A stretch of 64,000 nt of DNA from Candidatus Latescibacterota bacterium (GCA_965204745.1 OZ242010.1:4000001-4064000); one strand, 5' to 3'. Numbered from the stretch's first letter, positions 19,688 through 28,622 are shown. A program made the numbers and translations. Notes: generated from the sequence alone by a model not told the origin.

Positions 19688-20449
19688 ATGCAAATACTCG
19701 AAGCCACGCCAAACCGGTTTCAAGGCATCGAACTCGACTCGGTAGCCCTGCCGCGCGACGCAGAGGAATTTCGCACGCGCTTGGCCGCGTCTTTGCGGGA
19801 ATGGAAACGCGAAGCCTTTAAGGTCGTTTGGATTTCCGTTCCCATTGAACGCGCCGAACTCATTCCCGTTGCAACGCGAGCGGGGTTTTCGTTTCACCAT
19901 TCGGGCACGGATTATTTGTTGCTCACCAAACGCCTCGAACCCGCCGCGCTCATTCCCGAATACGCCACGCATTACATCGGCGCGGGCGGGGTCGTGATCA
20001 ACAGCCGCGATGAATTGCTGGTCGTCAGCGAATTGCACCGCCGCTCTGAATCGCCCCATTACAAATTGCCCGGCGGCGCATTGCACCCCGGCGAACACAT
20101 CGCGGACTGCGTGCAACGCGAGGTGTTTGAAGAAACCGGCGTGCGCGCCAAATTTGAAAAATTGGTCTGCTTCCGGCACTGGCACGGGTACCGCTACGAC
20201 AAATCGGACATCTATTTTGTGTGCCGCCTCTCGCCCTTGACCGAAGACATCGCCATCCAAGCCGAAGAGATCGAAGAATGCCACTGGCTACCCATCTCGG
20301 AATATCTGTCCAGCGACAGCGTCAGCACGTTTAACAAGCACATCGTCAAAGCCGCACTTGAAAGCCCGGGCGTGGTTCACACGGAGATCGCAGGCTATTC
20401 CGATCCCAAACGCCACGAAATTTTCATGCCCAATGGCATGGCGGTATAA
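19688..20449 (+). CDS. NUDIX hydrolase, NUDT6-like with N-terminal pre-Nudix domain
   Basis: Nudix box GGALHPGEHIADCVQREVFEETG; N-terminal L..SL.EWK..VWI.VP..GFSFHH; PEYATHYIGAGGVV. Confidence 0.88.
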   Translation: MQILEATPNRFQGIELDSVALPRDAEEFRTRLAASLREWKREAFKVVWISVPIERAELIPVATRAGFSFHHSGTDYLLLTKRLEPAALIPEYATHYIGAGGVVINSRDELLVVSELHRRSESPHYKLPGGALHPGEHIADCVQREVFEETGVRAKFEKLVCFRHWHGYRYDKSDIYFVCRLSPLTEDIAIQAEEIEECHWLPISEYLSSDSVSTFNKHIVKAALESPGVVHTEIAGYSDPKRHEIFMPNGMAV

Positions 20450-20470
20450 CACTCAAAAACAGGACGACCC

Positions 20471-21958
20471 ATGGCGCGTTCAAAACCCAACTTGCTCTAC
20501 ATCCACTCGGACCAGCACGATCCGCACGTCGCGGGATGCTATGGTGACAAGGTCGTCGCGACGCCCCATCTCGACAGGCTCGCGGCAACTGGCGTGGTGT
20601 TTGAAAACTGCTATTGCCCGTCGCCGATCTGCGTGCCTTCGCGCATGTCCATGCTCTCGGGGCGTTATCCCTTTGAAAACGAGGTGTGGACCAACGCGCA
20701 CGCGCTGCATTCGCACATTCCCACCTTTGCCCATGCCATGGGCGCGGGCGGTTACGAACCCGTGCTCATCGGGCGCATGCACGCCAATGGCCCAGACCAG
20801 TTGCACGGGTATGCCCAACGCTTGGTAGGCGACCATGGGCCCAACCATCCCGGCGGGGGCGGCGCCAATCACGGGATGCTATCCGGCACGGCGGGCCCGG
20901 CCCGCGTCAGTCTGCGAAAATCCGGGATCGGCCAAAGCGCGTATCAGGTCCACGACGAAGATGTGACCGCGGCGACCGTGGCCTATCTCGACCGACTCGG
21001 CGTCAAAAAGCGCGCGGGTCAACCGGCAGAGCCGTTCTCGTTGTCCGTGGGATTCATGCTGCCCCACCAGCCCTTTGTCGCACGCAGGGCGGACTACGAC
21101 CGCTACGACGGGCGCGTTCCCCCGCCTGCGGTTTCCGTGCCTTTTTCTCACGACCTGCATCCCCACATCAAATATTGGCGCGAACACTGCGGCATCGCCC
21201 AGGTCACAGACGCGGAAATCCACCGCGCACGCACGGCCTATTGGGCATTGGTCGACCGCATGGATCACATGATCGGGCAGATTTTAGCGGCTTTGGATGC
21301 GAACGCGTTGCGCGACAACACCCTCATCGTCTATATGTCGGATCACGGGGAACAGGCCGGGGAACACGGCTTGTGGTGGAAGCAGACGTTTTACGAACAT
21401 TCCGCCAAAGTGCCCGCCATCCTCTCGTGGCCCGGTCACTTGCCCGAGGGCAAACGCTTTGACCGAGTCATCTCGTCCTTAGACCTCAACGCCACGATGA
21501 TCGACGCCCTGCAATGCCCCGCGCTCCCGCATTCTCGCGGGCGATCCCTCTTGCCCCTCATGCGCGGCGAGCGCACATCTTGGGACGATGTCGCCTTTTC
21601 CGAATTTTGCCAAGACCGCGCGGGCGGCGGCGGCCCCTTTCCAGCCAAAGGCGTGTACCAGCGCATGATCCGGCAGGACGAATGGAAGTTCAATTACTAC
21701 CACAATCAGCCCTGTCAACTCTTCAATCTGAACGAAGACCCCGACGAAGTGCGCGACCGCGCAACCGACCCGGCCTGCCAAGGGCTGATCAAAGACTTCA
21801 CGGCTCGCATCCTCGACGGCTGGCATCCCGAAACCATTGCCGCACATCTAGCCGCCCAAAACGAGGACAACCGCATCCTCGCCGCCTGGGCACGCCACAC
21901 CGACCCCGCAGACACCATCCGCTGGGACCTGCGCCCGGAAATGGATTATTTGGAATAA
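20471..21958 (+). CDS. Sulfatase (choline-sulfatase-like, Cys type)
   Basis: PNLLYIHSDQH, CVPSR formylglycine motif, SDHGE, WWKQTFYEHS. Confidence 0.92.
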   Translation: MARSKPNLLYIHSDQHDPHVAGCYGDKVVATPHLDRLAATGVVFENCYCPSPICVPSRMSMLSGRYPFENEVWTNAHALHSHIPTFAHAMGAGGYEPVLIGRMHANGPDQLHGYAQRLVGDHGPNHPGGGGANHGMLSGTAGPARVSLRKSGIGQSAYQVHDEDVTAATVAYLDRLGVKKRAGQPAEPFSLSVGFMLPHQPFVARRADYDRYDGRVPPPAVSVPFSHDLHPHIKYWREHCGIAQVTDAEIHRARTAYWALVDRMDHMIGQILAALDANALRDNTLIVYMSDHGEQAGEHGLWWKQTFYEHSAKVPAILSWPGHLPEGKRFDRVISSLDLNATMIDALQCPALPHSRGRSLLPLMRGERTSWDDVAFSEFCQDRAGGGGPFPAKGVYQRMIRQDEWKFNYYHNQPCQLFNLNEDPDEVRDRATDPACQGLIKDFTARILDGWHPETIAAHLAAQNEDNRILAAWARHTDPADTIRWDLRPEMDYLE

Positions 21959-21960
21959 GC

Positions 21961-23115
21961 ATGAAAAATGGACTGACTCGGCTCGACGTGGCGTCTTGGG
22001 GTGGGTTTATGATCTTTGCCACCAGCGGGGTGGTGACGCCGATATGTTTGCCCGAAATCGCCAAGACCCTGTCGATTTCCCTGGCTGAAAGCGGCGGCTT
22101 GGAAACGGCGCGTCTGCTTCTCCTGCTCGTGGTCTTGATTTTATCCGGCATCCTCGCACGCACCTGGGGAAAGAAGCACCTCTTGACCTGGGGGCAATAT
22201 CTCACCGCGCTTGGCCTGCTGCTGATCAGCTATGCCGACACCTACCCGCTACTGCTCCTGTCGCTCATGGTCGTGGGCATTGGCGGCGGATTTACCGAGG
22301 CCCTCATCAACCCCTTGGTCGTCGATCTCCATCCCAAAACCCCGGGCAAATACCTCAACATCACCAATGCCTTTTATCCCATCGGCGTCATGGTCGCCGC
22401 GCTCCTGTTCGGCGAACTCTTGACACTCGGCTATTCGTGGCGGATCGCGTTTCGCATTGCCGCCGCCGGCGCGCTCGGCATGGGGATCTGGTTTTACCTG
22501 TCGCGGTTTCCCGCGCCTTCACCCGATCAGCGGTCGTCCATCCGCTTGATCGCGCAAATTCTCAAAATCCCCAAATTTTGGTTCTTTGGCATGGCCCTGT
22601 TTTTGGGCGCGGGCGTGGAGGCCGCGTTCACGTTCTGGAGCCGCAGTTACGTGGAGGTCTATCTCCGCGACATGCCGCGTGCGGGCGCTATCGCCGTGGT
22701 GGTTTTCGCAGGCGCGATGGCCCTCGGTCGCTTGCTTTCTGCGAAATTGTCCTCTAAGATGAGCCAGCAAGCCCTGATGATCGGTTCGGCCCTGCTCGGC
22801 GTGGGCATCAGCAGCGGCATCCCCTTTGCCGATAGCTTGATCGGATTCTACGCGCTGCTCGTTTTCGCCGGATTTGCCGCGGCCTGCTTCTGGCCCACTG
22901 TGCTCGCCGAAGCCGCGGACCGCCTGCCCGTGGACGCCACGATGTTGCTCGTCATGCTCGCGTGTTTCGGCATCGCCGGCTTTGGCATTACCCCGTGGAT
23001 CATGGGCATCATCGGCGACGCGGCCGGCCTCAAAGCGGGCTTCGCGCTCATTCCCGGCCTGTTCATCGGCTTGATTGTGGTGCTCGCGCTGGCGGGACGA
23101 AAACGCAAGAGGTGA
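21961..23115 (+). CDS. MFS transporter (FucP/TsgA-like)
   Basis: ATG at 21961, directly after the sulfatase; 12 TM pattern; EALINPLVVDLHP. Confidence 0.88.
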   Translation: MKNGLTRLDVASWGGFMIFATSGVVTPICLPEIAKTLSISLAESGGLETARLLLLLVVLILSGILARTWGKKHLLTWGQYLTALGLLLISYADTYPLLLLSLMVVGIGGGFTEALINPLVVDLHPKTPGKYLNITNAFYPIGVMVAALLFGELLTLGYSWRIAFRIAAAGALGMGIWFYLSRFPAPSPDQRSSIRLIAQILKIPKFWFFGMALFLGAGVEAAFTFWSRSYVEVYLRDMPRAGAIAVVVFAGAMALGRLLSAKLSSKMSQQALMIGSALLGVGISSGIPFADSLIGFYALLVFAGFAAACFWPTVLAEAADRLPVDATMLLVMLACFGIAGFGITPWIMGIIGDAAGLKAGFALIPGLFIGLIVVLALAGRKRKR

Positions 23116-23153
23116 GAGGCGAGAGGCAAGAGGTAAGATACTCTCTTAAAAGG

Positions 23154-24161
23154 TCAAGGGGTTTTCGGGGTGATTCGATAGAATTTTTCGCCCTCAAAAT
23201 CTTGGTCATGGCGCAACATGCCCCAGATCGAATGGAGCAACTTTCGCATCACCGCAACGATAGCCTGCAAAGGTTTCTTGCCGCGGGCGATGAGTTGGTC
23301 ATAGAAGGCTTTGACATGGCCTTCGTGTCTGATGGCCACCCAGGCAGGCATATAGAGGGCATGGCGGAGGTACTTATTCCCGGTTTTCGAGATGCGTCTT
23401 TGTGGATTGGCGGTTCCGGATTGTTTGGGTTTGGGATCCAGGCCTGCATGTGCGACCCACTGGGGCGGTTGCATCTCCTCTGGCAAAAGGGTCAACTCGG
23501 CCAAGAGCCGCAAGGCACTCGTTTGCGCGATGCCAGGCGTCGAGCAGAGGCGTTGGTAGGCACGCTTGAGGGGCTCATCGTGCAAAACGAGATCGAGGGC
23601 TTGGCTTTCCAAGTATGCAATCCGGCGTTTGAAGTGTCGAATATTCACCTGAATATCGCGTGCGATGAGACGTGTGCTGCGGATGTGGTAGCTCTGCGCG
23701 TGGTTGCGGCTCTGTTCGCGGATGATCTCCTGCTTGAGTTGGTCAATGCGTCTGGTGAGGGCTTGCAGTTGAAGCCGTTGCTCGCTCGGCGCTTGCCAAG
23801 GCACAAAAGGCATGCGCTCGGCATAGTCGAGGATCAACAACGCATCCTTCGCATCCGTCTTCGCCCGTTGCATGCAGGCTTGGGCGTACTTGCTCATCGC
23901 TTTGGGATTGACGACCATGACCTTTGTGTGGCGATGCCGATGCAAGGCCAAGGCCACCCCCAAACTGTAAAGCCCGGTCGCTTCGAGGCACACAGAGACC
24001 ATGTGCCCGCCCTTCGTGAGCCACTTCAGCAACCGCTTATGCGCTTGGGGATCATTGGCAAAGGTCGCTTGCATGACAGCTTGTCCGGGTCTGGACAGGG
24101 CAACGGACAACGTGCGGGCACTGACATCAATGCCGGCAAAAGCGGGGTGAGATTTCGACAT
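23154..24161 (-). CDS. IS110 family DEDD recombinase/transposase
   Basis: GIDVS, CLEATG and KTDAKDA (D-E-D-D); C-terminal AGLDP.PKQSG (catalytic Ser), RISKTGNKYLR, A.VAVMRKL; CAGGAGG RBS. Confidence 0.95.
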   Translation of the reverse strand: MSKSHPAFAGIDVSARTLSVALSRPGQAVMQATFANDPQAHKRLLKWLTKGGHMVSVCLEATGLYSLGVALALHRHRHTKVMVVNPKAMSKYAQACMQRAKTDAKDALLILDYAERMPFVPWQAPSEQRLQLQALTRRIDQLKQEIIREQSRNHAQSYHIRSTRLIARDIQVNIRHFKRRIAYLESQALDLVLHDEPLKRAYQRLCSTPGIAQTSALRLLAELTLLPEEMQPPQWVAHAGLDPKPKQSGTANPQRRISKTGNKYLRHALYMPAWVAIRHEGHVKAFYDQLIARGKKPLQAIVAVMRKLLHSIWGMLRHDQDFEGEKFYRITPKTP

Positions 24162-24231
24162 GGGGGCCTCCTGTGATGAGGGGGTTGTAAGGGATCTGGT
24201 GCGCGCTCGGGGTCGCGTCCCGACCATTGAC

Positions 24232-24414
24232 GCCAAGTCTACCGGTCTTGTATATGCAGCCTCAAGGGGCTTAGATACTCTTCGGCATAGACCCGGCGGT
24301 CGGGGGGCCTATCTTACCTACAAGGTCATCGCCTTCAAGAGGGGCCGGCCTTCCCCGAGCCGGGCATCAAGATGGCTTATCTCGATACGAGGGCGCAACT
24401 CCTAATTAACCCTT
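24232..24414 (-). ncRNA. Putative IS110 bridge RNA (target- and donor-binding loops)
   Basis: Minus strand target loop: CCCCTCT..AAGG-cgatga-CCTT..AGGTAAGA. Donor loop: GTCTA..AGAGTATCT..AGCC-ccttga-GGCT..ATACAAGA..TAGAC. Guides match the insertion site and the element ends. RNA boundaries are approximate. Confidence 0.8.
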
Positions 24415-24548
24415 ACTTCCAAGATACAAGAGGGGAGAGGCGAGATGGGAGTTTATTAGGTTCTGTTGACATTTACGAGCAAAGCAACTGGCTTGATCGG
24501 TTTATCGAGAAAATCAAGCCCTATCGCAGAAGGTTTGAGAAACTGAAA

Positions 24549-24836
24549 CAGTCGCTCCTTATCGGGACCTACCCCCCTAACCCCCCTTCCTGCGAGGAAG
24601 GGGGGAACGGTGAGCGGTTTTGCGAGGGTATTGATGAGAGATATTTAATCGCTTTATGCCCTCAGAGCAACCATAGCGAGAAGCCATCAAAGGGACTTTA
24701 CTCCCCTTTCCTCGTAGGAAAGGGGCCGGGGGATAGGTCCCCTCGCAAAACGCCATCAGAGCAACCTAAGCCATCAAAGGACCAAACGCCTTAAATGAGC
24801 AAGAAGCAACACAGTTACTACTCTGTGCGTAACGTC
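24549..24836 (+). mobile_element. MITE-like palindromic repeat, copy B
   Basis: Starts CAGTCGCTCCTTATCGGGACCTACCCCCC and ends CTGTGCGTAACGTC, as copy A does. Confidence 0.75.
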
Positions 24837-24967
24837 AAAAAATGAAATGTCAACACAACCTAGCCACAAAAGCCACGAGCGGGGTACAACTGGCGACAAC
24901 CCGTTCAAAGGCGAGCAGTGAGTGTAGGTCTTCTCCCGTCTTGCCTCTCACCTTTAGGAAGGACATC

Positions 24968-26317
24968 ATGGTTTTTGACAACATCGCGCTTGGCGTGCCC
25001 AAAATTTTGTTGCCCAAGCCCGAAATCAACTGCGAGAAGTGGGCGGTGATCGCCTGCGATCAGTATGTCCACGACCGGTCGTATTGGGAGGAGGTCGAGC
25101 GCGTTGTGGGCGATGCGCCGTCGACGCTGGCCCTCATCTATCCCGAAGTCTATTTGTCCGACGATGGGCACGAAGAGCGGATTGATCGCGTGCATCGCAA
25201 CATGAAGCGCTTTGTCGCGGCTGGGGTGTTCCGCGAGGAAATCGAGGGCTTTTTGCTCGTCGACCGCGTCCTGCCGTCTGGGAAATCGCGCAAGGGGTTG
25301 GTGGTCGCGCTCGACTTGGAGCACTACGACAGCCGAAGCCAGTCCAAAACCCTCATCCGCACAACCGAGGGCACGTATCCCAAAAACCTCGAAGCGCGGT
25401 TGGAGGTTCGGGGCAACGCATCGCTCGAATGCCCGCATACCCTCGTGCTCATCGACGATCCGAACCGGGAAATCATCGACCCCCTGTTTGAAGAAGGGCA
25501 CCCCACTATCGCGGATTTTGAACTCATGATGCACGGCGGGCGGCTCGCATACCGCTTGATCTCTCGCAAAGCGGACCTCGCGCGCATTGCCCAAAAGCTC
25601 GCGGCGCGGATCGCACCGGCGTATATCCGCGAAAAATACGGCGTTAAAAACGAAACGCTCCTGTACGCGATGGGCGATGGCAACCATTCCTTTGCCGCGG
25701 CGCAAAAAGCGTGGGAAAGGATCAAATCCACGCTCGGCAACGCACGAGACGCTACGCGACATCCGGCGCGGTACGCGATGGTCGAGTTGATCAACCTACA
25801 CGACGACGCGATAGACATCGAGCCGATCCACAGGCTGATCACCCGCGTCGATCCCCTGGTCGCGTGCAACGCGATCGTCGCATTGCTCAATGCGTCTGGC
25901 GCGCAGGCGCGGTTGGAAGTGGTCGCGTCGCCCGAGGCGCGAGACCAACGCCTCAGCGCATTGGCGTCTGAATCCACGCATTGCTTGCCCTATCGCGCTG
26001 CCGGAGGCATGGGCATTTTGGCAATCGAAAATCCATCGCAGAGAACCATCCCGGAAACGATGGAAACCGCGCTCGAGTTGTTCACGCGAGAAAATCCCGA
26101 AGCCGAGGTCGGATTCATCCACGGCGCGGAGGTGATCGACGACTTGGGCAATCGACCCGATGCGCTCGGCTTTTACCTGCCGCCGATTTCAAAAGACAGC
26201 GTCTTTGAGTCTATCGTGCACTACGGCGCGTATCCCCGCAAATCCATCTCCATCGGTCACGCGGATGAGAAGCGGTATTATATGGAGTGTAGGAGTTTGG
26301 GGATCAGTAGTCAGTAG
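24968..26317 (+). CDS. DUF1015 family protein
   Basis: ILLPK..WAVIACDQY, PSTL.LIYPEVYL, DLEHYD, LYAMGDGNHS, LINLHD, EPIHR, SIGHADEKRYYMECR. Confidence 0.9.
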   Translation: MVFDNIALGVPKILLPKPEINCEKWAVIACDQYVHDRSYWEEVERVVGDAPSTLALIYPEVYLSDDGHEERIDRVHRNMKRFVAAGVFREEIEGFLLVDRVLPSGKSRKGLVVALDLEHYDSRSQSKTLIRTTEGTYPKNLEARLEVRGNASLECPHTLVLIDDPNREIIDPLFEEGHPTIADFELMMHGGRLAYRLISRKADLARIAQKLAARIAPAYIREKYGVKNETLLYAMGDGNHSFAAAQKAWERIKSTLGNARDATRHPARYAMVELINLHDDAIDIEPIHRLITRVDPLVACNAIVALLNASGAQARLEVVASPEARDQRLSALASESTHCLPYRAAGGMGILAIENPSQRTIPETMETALELFTRENPEAEVGFIHGAEVIDDLGNRPDALGFYLPPISKDSVFESIVHYGAYPRKSISIGHADEKRYYMECRSLGISSQ

Positions 26318-26378
26318 TCAGTAGTCAGTAGTCAGTAGTCAGTTGTCAGTTGTCAGTTGTCAGTTGTCAGTTGTCAGT
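26303..26378. repeat. Heptamer array (GTCAGTA/GTCAGTT)n, interrupted by IS5 and continuing at 27555-27577
   Basis: About 11 tandem 7-mers overlapping the DUF1015 stop codon. Confidence 0.9.
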
Positions 26379-27554
26379 GGCGTTGTTGCATAAATGTTGT
26401 CGTGGCTAAGTTCGTCCCTTTCCCGCGAGATTTAAGCCCCTCTTTCTATGGGATAGGACACGGGTTTCGCGATCCTCATCATGCGATTGAGCACCGCACA
26501 TCCCAACCGCGCTTCCGTTTCTTGGTTCTTCTGATTTCGCGCGCGCAACTGCCGCCCAATGAGTTGCTTGTACCGGCCTATGTGGGTTTCAACGACCGAG
26601 CGACGATGATAGCCACTGGTGCGTTTCCACTGTCGGCGGCCTTGACGCCGGATGGCTCGGATGATTTCATCGCGGGCGAGGGGGGGTGCCTTCCTGTTTC
26701 CGTGTTGTTCAATTTTGGCATCATGGCGCGGGGGAATCAGAGGTCGGATGGGGGCTCCTTGTTTGGGGGCGGCGCATGTGTTGAAGACCTTGCGTTTGTC
26801 ATAGCCGCCATCGGCGCCCAGCGTATGGACAGGGGCCGGGACTTGATCGAGCAAGGGGTTGACCTGCCAAGCGTCATCAACGCTTGCCGAGGTCAGGGTC
26901 TGTGCGACAATCTCCCCGGTGGCCTCATCGACGCCGATGTGCAATTTGCGCCAAGTCCGGCGCTTGCAAAAGCCGTGTTGACGCACCTTCCATTCGCCTT
27001 CGCCATACACTTTCAGGCCGGTAGAATCCACCACCAAGTGGATCGGCTCGTGACGGGATTGGACAGGTAAATCCACATTCAAATCGCCCTGTCGCCGGCA
27101 GAGGGTCGTGTGATCGGGCACGCGCAAAGCCACCCCCATCAATGCCAGGATGGACTTGAGAAACCCCTCGGTTTGACGCAGGGGCAAGGCATAGACCAAG
27201 CGCACCATCAACGCCGTTTGAATAGCCAAATCTGAAAAGGTGTTTTGCCTCCCCCGTTGCGTTGGCCCTTGATGGTACCACCCCCGAAGGGCTTGCGGCG
27301 TGATCCAAAACGTCAGACTGCCCCGCTGCTTGAGACCGGCCTCGTAGGCCGCCCAGTTCCGGACCCGATAGACAGGCGCACAGCGCGGGCGACGCGGGGA
27401 CTTGACAGCGGTCAGGGAAGCGGTTATCTTGGGCATGACAGGTTCCTGGTGAGAAAGGGTGAGTGGTTTCGGTGCTCTATATGCCCAATCTACGAAGGAG
27501 CCTGTCTTTTTGCAATCCCAACTTGCAGGAAATTGCTATTTATGCAACAACGCC
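26379..27554 (-). mobile_element. IS5 family (IS903-group) insertion sequence
   Basis: Perfect 17-bp terminal inverted repeats GGCGTTGTTGCATAAAT (26379-26395) / ATTTATGCAACAACGCC (27538-27554); 9-bp direct repeat GTTGTCAGT at 26370-26378 and 27555-27563. Confidence 0.93.
26432..27436 (-). CDS. IS5 family transposase
   Basis: YRVRNWAAYEAGLKQRGSLTFW, VDSTGLKVYGEGEW, WRKLHIGVD, ADGGYD, GYHRRSVVET. Confidence 0.95.
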   Translation of the reverse strand: MPKITASLTAVKSPRRPRCAPVYRVRNWAAYEAGLKQRGSLTFWITPQALRGWYHQGPTQRGRQNTFSDLAIQTALMVRLVYALPLRQTEGFLKSILALMGVALRVPDHTTLCRRQGDLNVDLPVQSRHEPIHLVVDSTGLKVYGEGEWKVRQHGFCKRRTWRKLHIGVDEATGEIVAQTLTSASVDDAWQVNPLLDQVPAPVHTLGADGGYDKRKVFNTCAAPKQGAPIRPLIPPRHDAKIEQHGNRKAPPLARDEIIRAIRRQGRRQWKRTSGYHRRSVVETHIGRYKQLIGRQLRARNQKNQETEARLGCAVLNRMMRIAKPVSYPIERGA

Positions 27555-27747
27555 GTTGTCAGTTGTCAGTTGTCAGTCCCCTCACCGCCCCGCCGTGTCT
27601 GAATCGCGGATTAAACGGATTAGGGGATTGCGCGGATTGCCCATCACCGCCCTACCGCAAGCCCTTTCCCCAAGTAAGAGGCAAGAAGTAAGAGGTGAGA
27701 CCGGCCCACAACCCTACCGCCGCTTCGTCCTTCACATCCGCCGCCAT

Positions 27748-27948
27748 AGCCCTATCCCCCCGGCCCCCTTTCCTACGAGGAAAGGGGGAGCGCATGGCTT
27801 TCTTGAAGGGTTGTATCCCTGGCTGTTTTGATGGCTTTGACCGAATGGATCACGCCATGAAAATCCAAAAACCCTTACACACAATCCCTCGCAAAACCTT
27901 TCGCCATTCCCCCTTCCTCTTAGGAAGGGGGCCAGGGGGTAGGTCCCA
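27748..27948 (-). mobile_element. MITE-like palindromic repeat, copy D (inverted, diverged centre)
   Basis: CCTATCCCCCCGGCCCCCTTTCCTACGAGGAAAGGGGG ... CCCCCTTCCT-ctt-AGGAAGGGGG-CCAGGGGGTAGGTCCC. Confidence 0.7.
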
Positions 27949-27951
27949 CCT

Positions 27952-28022
27952 CGCAAATCCATCTCCATCGGTCACGCGGATGAGAAGCGGTATTATATGG
28001 AGTGTCGGCATTTGGGGATCAG
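27952..28022 (+). repeat. Duplicate of the 3' end of the DUF1015 gene (26237-26307)
   Basis: 54 bp identical (27952-28005 = 26237-26290), extending to 71 bp with 3 mismatches. Confidence 0.9.
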
Positions 28023-28140
28023 GGGGCGCGGCTAAAAATCGGATGCGAAAGGCTTGCCACATGTGGGTAAATCCCTTATATTTAATTGTCTGTCAACGGA
28101 CGCTTTCCACCCTTCTAAAGCCCCTCTCAAGAGCCTCCCA

Positions 28141-28608
28141 ATGAACCTGAGCAGTAGCCTCCACAACGACACGGTAAAGCACGTCGATCTCTCGTTTTAC
28201 GTGGAAGTAGAAAAAGACCATCCCGTCGGTCGAGTCATCGCCAAAATGCAGGGCAACCAGCGCAAATGCGCGTTGGTGATGGATCGGGGCAAACTCGTCG
28301 GCATCTTCACGGCGCACGATATTGCGCGGCGCGTGATCGATCAGGCCGAGGTGCTCCGCCAGCCCATCGAGGCGATCATGACCCCGGACCCGCTCACCTT
28401 GCAATCGGACCTCACGCTGATCGAAGCCATTCGCTTGATGGGCGACAAACCCCATCGCTACATGCCGGTTGTGGATGCAGATGGCCGCGTACTAGGCACG
28501 TTGACCCACTATGCGATCATCAAGTACATGAGCGATCACTTTCCCGAAGAAATCTACAACTTACCCCCAACTCCGGACCATTTTGCCAGCGCGCGCGATG
28601 GCGCGTAA
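28141..28608 (+). CDS. CBS domain pair protein
   Basis: KLVGIFTAHDI, IMTPDPLTL, RYMPVVDADGRVLGTLT. Confidence 0.9.
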   Translation: MNLSSSLHNDTVKHVDLSFYVEVEKDHPVGRVIAKMQGNQRKCALVMDRGKLVGIFTAHDIARRVIDQAEVLRQPIEAIMTPDPLTLQSDLTLIEAIRLMGDKPHRYMPVVDADGRVLGTLTHYAIIKYMSDHFPEEIYNLPPTPDHFASARDGA

Positions 28609-28622
28609 CCACAGGAGGATGT

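Larger units (their letters stand above)
23136..24430 (-). mobile_element. IS110-family insertion sequence (CT core repeated at both junctions)
   Basis: AG (CT on minus strand) at 23136-23137 and 24429-24430. Removing the element restores a continuous (NNAGAGG)n heptamer array. It contains a DEDD recombinase and a roughly 270-bp upstream non-coding region. Confidence 0.9.

Noticed and set aside
23135-24427. AAGATAC at 23135-23141 and 24421-24427 as a 7-bp target-site duplication defining the IS110 ends
   Set aside because: Placing the core at AG 24429-24430 instead makes all four bridge-RNA guides match and restores a cleaner (NNAGAGG)n array. AAGATAC is therefore read as internal to the element ends.
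24458-24476. GGTTCTGTTGACATTTA resembling an IS terminal repeat
   Set aside because: No partner inverted repeat or transposase remnant was found in the window.
24372-24794. ORFs spanning the palindromic repeats (also 10229-10678, 19266-19562, 27695-28144)
   Set aside because: They are translations of repeat DNA (TYPPAPFLRGKG-type peptides) that cross element boundaries.
26237-28022. Template/variable repeat pair of a diversity-generating retroelement (also considered for the Uma2 array and the 126-bp repeat)
   Set aside because: There is no reverse transcriptase in the window, the mismatches are not adenine-specific, and in the 126-bp pair they are all synonymous.
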